The notes under the pieces are model-generated. The model did not search any database, had not been told where the DNA came from, and worked only from the letters and a program-made list of their open reading frames with translations. Made by a program: the position numbers and the translations under genes. DNA of 62,065 nt, counting the filler, from Choristocarpus tenellus KU-1152 (lineage: Eukaryota; Protista; Phaeophyceae): NCBI GenBank assembly GCA_964200185.2. It is 12 parts of 12 records of this genome, joined end to end, with 100 filler letters (N's around TTAATTAATTAA, not from the genome) between each part and the next. Parts side by side here need not be neighbours in the genome. Positions count along the whole stretch, not along the records: positions 50,459 to 57,897 come from CAXNAD020006162.1; positions 57,998 to 62,065 come from CAXNAD020016390.1; 10 more parts are not named here. One strand, written 5' to 3'. Of the stretch, positions 53,300-62,065 are shown piece after piece (position 1 is the first letter of the stretch; each line of letters begins with the position of its first letter).

Positions 53300-55600
53300 A
53301 AGACTAACGAAAGTGAGACCATTCAAGGCATGAGTCCACCAACAATGTCATTGAATATGGACTCTGGCCAACGCCTTCCTCCTCGTCATGGGATTATTCT
53401 GAACCTGCGGATCATAGACGGGGTCTCCCCCACCCCCTCCAGTCGATCGTAGGGGTGGTCCAGGTTGGGCTTCTTCATCCTTTTAGCATCATATCAGCTC
53501 AAGGAACATTGACCCTCATTGTGCTCTTTTCCAGGATTCCCCACTCACTTCGCAATGTTCGACAACTTGTGAAGTGGCCGTCTCTCAGCCTCAGTTTGAC
53601 AATGCCATCCCCAGGCACATCGCATATTACATGAACGAGTGTGGGAGAAAGAAAGGTATGCCGCCCGAATGGCTATAGGATCTCCTAAGACTTCAGTTCG
53701 TGGGTACAGTGAGGAACATGTAAGAACTGTTTCAGGTCTAGTGGTGCTAATAATAGTACTGATGCTCTTTCAAACATTACGACCCTTTCTTCTTTTGTGG
53801 GTTGACTTGACTTGGTTGTTGAGGACCCGACAAGGATTTCTGGGAACCTTCCTGTTTGCTGATGAGTGATGTACTGATTTATGACGTACCTTACATACTC
53901 TAAACCTTGGGACACATACCAAAATTCCTGGTCTAAGTCAAGTGGAGGAGAGGGAATGAGTAATAATAATAATAAAAATCGAGAAAGGACTTGAGATATA
54001 CCAATATTCAATCGGTTCAATCTTCGTGGTCGGTGGGTCTCCCAGCTTTTGAGCATAATGTAATGATGTGAGGATCATACTCGACTCCCTTCAACCGAAA
54101 AATAGGGGGAAACCGCGACCTCTAGACCCACACTAAATGTGTACAAGTTATCTACCACATATCTGCGCAGCTTCGTATTTTTCAGAGCCGCTCAAGGAGT
54201 ACTAGGATGATGAACATGAGAGGTATCTTAACTTGGAATATTCGAATTTTCACTTGTACAATTAATCCTGTAGACTACATACTACTTCGCTATAAAGTTT
54301 GTAGAAACTGGGTGAGTGATTAAAATAAAGGATACTTTGATGGTCACCAGAGTACCTCTTGCTCCAACCTTTGGTCTCGATTGAAACTTGAGCGAATCAT
54401 CGTGAGAAGAGTAGCTGACACCCATGCGTGGCTATCAACTGTGGAGATACCCCCCGTAGCGTCGTTTTGAGGTCGTTGGATTAGAGTTACACATCTCAGG
54501 ATGTGTAACGAGGTGAGTTCTGGAGCGTGTTGTAACACTATTTCTTAACAAGGTGATACTAATATTAAAATCACTAGATCATAAATACCACCACTGCTAA
54601 CTCTACTGTGTGAAATACTCCAGAGGATGTAGCTATCTATTGCGTAGGGATGGCATGTAAGAGGAATGATGCCGAAAGTCAGGGGGTAGGTAGGGAACGT
54701 GTATCGATGAAGGCATGCACATTTTGCTACTTGCATTAACAATGTTATACTTGGGAGTACAGTGCATGGGTTGAGCGAGCTATTAGAGCCCATCTGCCCA
54801 ATGGGCAACTTGCCCTTCTTACTCCATATTTTTTGCATCATCAGGCAGGTCATATTGGTCTACATCCCCTGTTACATGATGAACTTTGATCCTGCCTAAG
54901 TATTTTTTATCGAATCTTCACATATAATAAAAGAGAAAAAAAGTACTTCAAGTAATCCTCCATTATTTTTTGTGGTGAGACGTGGTTTCTATCCTGCCTC
55001 GATCTGGACCTTTTGTCAGTATTACGTCGTTTGTTGCTAATGTTCGATAAGGCTAGTTGGTACCCATTGATATCCTATGAAGGACGACCATCGCCTATCA
55101 CGTATGATCATATATGTTTCGTCCTTTCCATGTGGATTTTATAGTTCCTACAGTTCCTTGTTGCGTTGCTCCTCGTCAACCCTCCTGAACTCACTGTGAT
55201 TGCAATTTAACAGTTCCAAAAACTGGTAGGGCAACTGTTACACCCCCCTTACGTCTCGGTAGTAAAGTATCTTTTTGTAGTTGGGCAAGAATATCCTCCG
55301 AGGGAGGTACAGCACCACACCCTGCAGGGGTCTACGTCGAAAAGTTGGGCGAGGTTCAATGTGGACCAGGGCAAAGCTATCACGCTACACTGATATGGGT
55401 CCATTAGCCGTTGCTTTAACATATGATTCGATACTGACGAGATACATTCAAGAAGAAATCGCCGATGATGACTACACCATGTGGAAATATGTACCTACTA
55501 GATTTCCTTCTCTCCTTATTTTTAATCTCATTGCCATTATACACCAAAGAAATCGAGAAGGAATGAACTCTGTAGAAGCTTTATGCACGCATTGGACCAG
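53300..55600 (+). pseudogene. Highly decayed Ty3/Gypsy pol
   Basis: FPTHFAMFDNL, YSEEHV, GFLG, HHQAGHIG and AKLSRYTDMGPLAV occur in RT-RNaseH-integrase order. Confidence 0.45.
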
Positions 55601-55965
55601 AATATTCACTCCTAGTCGTACAGTTACAAACATGACCCCCATCCTTTCTTACAGTCTTCCTTTTATGTTCTTCTTTCCCTCTTTCCCTTGGACATAATAG
55701 ATACACTTGATACGTCCCTACCCGTAACAGCCCTTGACGGTTTGGCAGAGGCCTCATTAAGATTGAATGCCATAACTTTTGCAGCTGGCGAGTTGGAGCA
55801 AGTGGCGTTCTGACTTTCCTTCTCCATGTTTCGCTTGCCATGGGAGCAATAGGGATAATAGCAGGTGGGTGGGAAAGAATACAAGCAAGCAGTAGGTATA
55901 TGAGGGCACGGCATGTCCATTGAGGTGCTCGAGAGGACGCTTGCCCCCCCTCTGCTGATAGGAAA

Positions 55966-56221
55966 GAGTCAAAGTATCTTAGAGGGTAGAGCCGCGTCCT
56001 TTTGGGGGTCAAAATCCAATGTTGCAATTTTGATGTAATTTTGACTCTCGTGTTTGTTAGGAAGTGTCAACATCCTTGTTCCGGACACACCTTTCATAAC
56101 GTATACATTCTACCTAGTCCAAAATGTTTCGAAGTAGGAAAATGTCATAAAAATAAAATGAGAAGTCAATCCCCAAATGGACAAACAGGCAAAACTCGTA
56201 CCCTCTAAGATACTTTCACTC
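55966..56221 (-). mobile_element. MITE family A copy
   Basis: TIRs; GAAA/AAAA flanks. Confidence 0.92.
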
Positions 56222-56465
56222 AAAAACATAGTTTGTGTACTCTGTGTGAGGGTAGGTAGGGATGATTGAAGCACAGTGGTGAGTAGGAGAATTGAGACAA
56301 GCTTGCTCCAGAATAACACAGAGCAGGTGGGGTATTTCTAACCCTGTTGCAAATGCCCCTTGTCTTTCCAACAAAACAAACACAACAATTATTGTGAGCA
56401 ACCAAGCCACTCTGAGCGATTGGTTACAGGGACTGATGCGACTCCTGTTGCTAACCATGCTTATT

Positions 56466-56724
56466 GAGTGAAAGTATATCAGAGAGTACGAATTTTGCCC
56501 TGTTTGTCCATTTGGGGTTTGGCTTCTCAAGGGGTTTTTTATGATGTTTTGCTACTCCTAAATGTTTAGGAGTAGGTTGAATGTTTAAGTTGTGAAAACG
56601 TGTGTGCGGAACATGGTTATTGACACTTCCTAACACACACGATAGCCAAAAATACATTCAAATCGCAACATTGGATTTTGGCCCCCAAATGGACGCGGAT
56701 CTACCCTCTAAGATACTTTGGCTC
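56466..56724 (+). mobile_element. MITE family A copy
   Basis: TIRs; ATT/ATT flanks. Confidence 0.92.
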
Positions 56725-56910
56725 ATTGTCATCCCCTTTCCCCCATCTCAGCCTTGAGATATAACCAGTCAGATGAAACTATTCATACTGAGTATGTATG
56801 TGCATACACAAACGCACACAGAGATACTTAAAAAAAGGAAGATATTTATGCACTAAGTATAACAATGGGTTTGTTCAGTATTCTTCCCTTGTAACTCACC
56901 ACAATCAACC

Positions 56911-57169
56911 AAGGCAAAGTACCCTAGAGGGTACGAGTTTTACCCTGTTTTGTCCGTTTGAGGCTTGGCTTCCCACAGGGTTTTTATGACATTTTCCAAA
57001 TCCGAAATGTTTCGGAGTAGGTAAAATATATACACAATGAAAAGGTATGTCCGGAACAAGGATATTGACACTCACTAACAAACACGATAGTCAAATTTAC
57101 ATCAAAATCGGAACATTGGATTTTGGCCCCCAAATGGACGCAGCTCTACCCTCTAAGATGCTTTGACTC
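56911..57169 (+). mobile_element. MITE family A copy
   Basis: TIRs; AACC/AACC TSD. Confidence 0.9.
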
Positions 57170-60101
57170 AACCCCCACCCCCAGACTACCAACGGATAAG
57201 TCGTGAGCTTCTCACACCGCGAACTTCCTCCTTTGAGCGGCATGGCCGCCGGCACCAAAGCTTCTCACCACCAGCCTGCTGGGTTGTAGTGGGCAAGGCC
57301 ACACTACTGATAGTAGTAATTCCACACTTTCCTCGCCACAACTGAAAGCGGCTGATGCAAAGAGCAGCAGAATAACATGGGCAAACACTGAGAACGCCAG
57401 AGCGAGGTTAAACGTTTTGCCAATATGCGTGGAGATGATATCACAGGCTGTTGTGGCGCACCCTCAGGGGGATCATTGATATGGGCCTTTGCCGGGTGTT
57501 CATAACTACACGATGCAGGCTTCTCCCACTCGCGAACGCTGCCAGGCCGTCTGGTATATGAACAAAATAGGCGAGGGGAGGGAAGGGGAGGAGGAACTCG
57601 ATGGTTGTGGTGTATCAAATACTACAAGCCTAGGTCACGATACAACTGTAGCTGGCTCCTCGACTAGTTGCAATAGGTTAGAGTGCAGGTTCAAGCTCTC
57701 TATGATGCTACCGTTGTTTTGAGTATGAAAAGTAATAGCAAACTCACCAGGTTTCGTTTGTTCTCGAGGTAGTATATGCCATCTCTCTCACTCGGTGGGA
57801 CTGGCAGTAACCTCTACACGTGGGAGTCAGTAGTTCGTAGATAGTGCTGCTGATACACTATAGACACCACTGGTGGATTATGTGATAGGGTAGAGAGNNN
57901 NNNNNNNNNNNNNNNNNNNNNNNNNNNNNNNNNNNNNNNNNTTAATTAATTAANNNNNNNNNNNNNNNNNNNNNNNNNNNNNNNNNNNNNNNNNNNNCCC
58001 CCCCATATACTTTGGGTCAATCTTCGTGTCAATAGGTTCAGTGACCTATTTGTAAGCTACATCTGCCAACTTCCAACAAAACAACAGAATATATATTTTT
58101 CTCCACCTTAACAGTGCAGAGACTATAATATTGTGAGGCACATATTTATCATAGGCAACAGCATAATAAATACGACAGACACTGCAGGATCGAGATAGGG
58201 CAGTGTATGCTCTGGCTAGTTTGCGCATTCATCCCTACACAGCAACTATCAATCGAAGTCGGGCTTTAGGAATGCAATGAAAGTATGTGCAAACACAGTA
58301 ATGACCCGAAACAAACAAGAGGTGCCGAGGTTTTGGCCGTTCTGTGCATTTTAAACCAGTCTTTCAATCTTTTTCGAATTCGCCTATATATTACTATGGA
58401 TGAACTGTTAAGTTTGACATGAGATCGTTAATTTCTCTGATGATTTGAGGCTTTTCGATATAATTGAAGAAATATTCACATTTTTGGAAAAAGCTGAATT
58501 TAACACATACCTGTCGCATTCTCAAAATACAATAGTTGTGGGTTCCTCTCATTTACTTCGACTCTGATGCAATGTTTGGGTTCAGGTACCTGATGATGGA
58601 TTGGAAAACAACAGGATTGGATCTAGAACACACTACAAATCTACCGTTAGTCCCCTCTGTTGGCGTTGATGACGGAATGTATGCAACAGGTGGTTAATCT
58701 TTTGGATTGAACACATTTATGGATCCATTCTAATAAAGTGTGTATTTTTTTGTGTACTACTTACTGTACAACATGGTCAAACATTTTAAGAATTGTAATT
58801 ATTATTACTGGTACGATCGGATTCTGCTCGAAGCGTCCACTGCCGTTTGGTTCAGCATCCAAAACTCGCAGCGAGGATATCCCCAACAAAATATAACCAC
58901 CCCATTACTCCTCAACTTTTTGTACTGTGAACCAAAATAATTGACTACAAATTGCAGTTGTGATGACTAAAAATCACCATGCACGTAAGTTACGATACAT
59001 CAATCAGTTCTTCGGTTTCGATTATTCTACGTTTTTAGGGTGAAGTGACAAATATTATTCATTTGGCTCGATTATCTTTCATGATCTTCCTGCTTTGAAA
59101 CGTCGCGTATGTGTTGTACGAACACCCTGACTCCCACGGCCTCAAATTGACCATGTTCAGTCGTAGAAAAGCTTGTTGTCATTTCCGTTGCCAGATTCAT
59201 CGCCAAGGAGCACCACCTTGTCTGATAGGTCATATTAGTAGTTTCCAAGGGGTTGGGATAATCAGGGTACCCACTCAGGGCGACACGGCTGTAACGCATT
59301 GCCCCCAAAACGTGTATGGCACATACTGATATTGACCGCGTTAAGCAGAACCAACCTTGTCGCCATTTCCTTCCGTTTGCATATCCAACACCCAAAGGCT
59401 CCAGGTTGTGTTAAAGGTTGTAATCTTTGGTGCTTTGGGTCGCAATCAGGGCTGGCACCCAGCACCCATCAGCCTCAGTGTGGTCTATGTGGTGGTATAG
59501 ATCCTTCCCTTGCTTCTACACCACCTTGGTAGTATTGTCGGTTTAGGGACGGCTTCAACGATAGATGCTTTATCTCTATATACCAGTTGTCATATTTATT
59601 GTTTTAAAGTTCACTTCAACTTATGTTGATGTATCCGAAGGAATGTCCTGCATTATATACACACACTGTGGTTAAATTTGTCGCATTGTACATTGCTTCT
59701 GGCTTCCACCATAATATTACTGAGAAACAAAAGCAGGTAATCTCTGCCAATCAACAATCCGTGGAGGTTAGTATCAGACAGAGGCACCAGTATAAAACCA
59801 AGTGATCTTACTTTTCGAACATTTGCGCAAGATTGCTGAGCATCCTCCTTACAAAGTAGCTGAGAGGCATCCATATCACTTGGAAAAAATAGTCCCATAG
59901 TATACGCAATACAAATGACCAACAAAAAAAATATGATTTTGCTTAGATTGTCATGGAGATGGCAAGAAGCAATATATGAGGCAGAGACTACAGCGAACAT
60001 ACAATAGAATGTGTAATATTATCAAATATGTACTTCCAATACACCAGCAGTAGTACTTGCGACACATTTCAAAACAAGAAACTAACTCCTTACATAGCTT
60101 T

Positions 60102-60385
60102 TTGACCAAAATCATTTAAGAGGGCAAGGCCACGTCCGTTTGGGATCATAAATCCAATGTTACGATTTTTAAGAATTTTGGGTATCGTGTTTGTTAGCAA
60201 GGAGTCAGTATCCTTGCTCTGGACGCGCCTTTCATAGCCGAATACGTTTGACCTACTCCGAATTACTTCGAAGTAGGTAGTTGTGTCCACACAGAAAACT
60301 GAATAAGGACAAAAAACCCCGTGGGAAGCCAAGCCCCGAAAGGACAAAGAGGATAAAACTCCTACCCTCTTAAATGCTTTGGGTC
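60102..60385 (-). mobile_element. Old, diverged MITE family A copy
   Basis: GCCACGTCCGTTTGGG...GTGGGAAGCCAAGCCCC...TACCCTCTTAAATGCTTTG is still recognisable. Confidence 0.75.
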
Positions 60386-61938
60386 TTTGTACAATTGCAA
60401 TATACTCTGTTTCTGAAAGTAGCCAAGAAGAATTTGATACTAAGCGCACCTGAACCTACTCCTAATATATTGGCATTGCAAATATTGCCTAGAAAGAAAG
60501 GAACAATCCCATGGGTCATTCAGGTCCCTCACTACGAACTGGGGTGTCTCCACCTTGGAAATGAATGGTGCACCTTGGAATTACCACTTTTGCTGCTACG
60601 GATACAATATGTCATTGGCGTGCCCTCACTGCTCCCAGCTGAAACGCCAAACCCCCCTACCACTCACAACGTGATTCACCACCTTCTCTAGAAATAAAAT
60701 TGCTGTGTCCTAAGACACCCAAACCTTTCCATCGAAAATGTGTTGCAATTAAACTACGAGGTCCAGGAGATCCTTTGTAGTGGTTGTGCTTCCAGGAATC
60801 CCCAGCAGCAACAGTGACGTTGTTCTTGGATGATGACTCTTGCGTGCGTAGTTAGCTTCGACCTACACAAAAGCCAATATCTAAGAGGGGACCTTCCTTT
60901 TCCAATCAGGGAGCAGTGGTGGTGCTGTTGGACAGTGCTCAGGCTCGGAATATTCCATGCAGAGATTAATAAATGATGATTGGCGGTGAGAGGAATCCCA
61001 TCCTCCTGGATGCAAGCGGTGCTCGAGGAATATATTCCACTATTTGCCCTCTGAAACCGATGTCAATGTTCTATTGAATGGTTAGAACACTTTTGTTCGA
61101 TACATATGTACGTGTATGTTGCTGCTTATCCCTTCAATGACAACATCTACTGGGCAGAAAACAAAATACATGTATCGAGCAGTCCTTTTGATCACAGGGA
61201 CATGCAAGAGCTATGTTGTCATGGTCATTTTGAGTCATTCTGATCGAGGGATACACACGTTTTGGCCGTTTTGGATTGTATGCCTTTTTTTAACCCTGTA
61301 CAATATAGTCTACTTTCAAATTTTCCGTGCACAATAGAAGCCCAAATAAGCGAAGGCATCACTGCAGAAGAGAGACCGACAAAAAAATCACCACAATTGT
61401 GCAAAGGCACTTTCTCAAGGTAATAAAATGTGCGTTTTTGATAATTTCTGGGAATCTTCATAATGCAAGCGTGAATACTTTCCGGTTTGGATTACTCTTT
61501 GTTCGATGCCATAATGGAGCCGTGTCTAGCAAAATATAGCCACACAAAGGTTGTACAGGGTCCATTCTTAGGACCCCAGTGATTACCTCCTCTCAGTTAC
61601 TCATTAAATTTCACTTAGTACAATTTTTGACATACACTGACTCACTGTATATCGTAGATACTACCATCTTAGTTTAGTCTGAAAATTAGGAAGCACTACC
61701 TAGACCTTACCTTGACCTAACCAGTGTTCAAAGGTATTACACCCTACACAATTTCTCATTCACTGCCCAGTGTGTGCCATTGTTTTTCTCGTGTGTTTGG
61801 TTCATCCATTCCACCGCTCATCACTCCACCTCCAACATCAAATCTTAGTGTGCAGTACTTATTTGGCTGCAAGAAAGGGCTTCTCACCACAAATCAATGT
61901 TTCTGCGTTCTTTGCTGTGCTTAGCGACAGAGAGGATG

Positions 61939-62065
61939 GAGCCAAAGTATCTTAGAGGGTAGAGCCGCGTCCATTTGGGGCCAAAATTCAATTTTGCGAT
62001 TTTGATGTAGTTTTGGCTATCGTCTTTGTTCAGAAGTACGAATATCTTTGTTCCGGACACACCTT
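61939..62065 (-). mobile_element. MITE family A copy running off the window
   Basis: GAGCCAAAGTATCTTAGAGGGTAGAGCCGCGTCCATTTGGG. Confidence 0.92.

Noticed and set aside
55966-56724. Composite transposon formed by two inverted MITEs
   Set aside because: The outer flanks (GAAA vs ATTG) do not match, and each copy has its own duplication.

Overview
Eukaryotic nuclear DNA with intron-rich GT-AG genes, (TTAGGG)n and many decayed transposons. A ciliary gene and the TE types suggest a flagellated stramenopile such as a brown alga (inference). The window is about 12 unrelated draft contigs joined by artificial 100-bp linkers (44N-TTAATTAATTAA-44N), so adjacency across linkers means nothing. Recognisable host gene fragments: APC7, a NUDIX hydrolase, THOC1, CFAP99, an ankyrin-repeat terminal exon and endonuclease III (NTH1). 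The repeats are dominated by two MITE families (about 260 bp, 14 copies; about 180 bp with G-tracts, about 11 copies). They share GRG..CYC-type termini, a subterminal GTCCATTTGGGG motif and mostly 4-bp TSDs (Sola2-like). Decayed mariner, piggyBac, hAT, Copia, Gypsy and RTE-LINE remnants are also present. The best candidate for a new system is contig 22152-24755: an intact-looking, spliced ParB/Srx-domain gene transcribed divergently from a Cys-rich, Sola-transposase-like gene. Between them is an AT-rich spacer carrying about 268-bp iterated repeats with a palindromic core.
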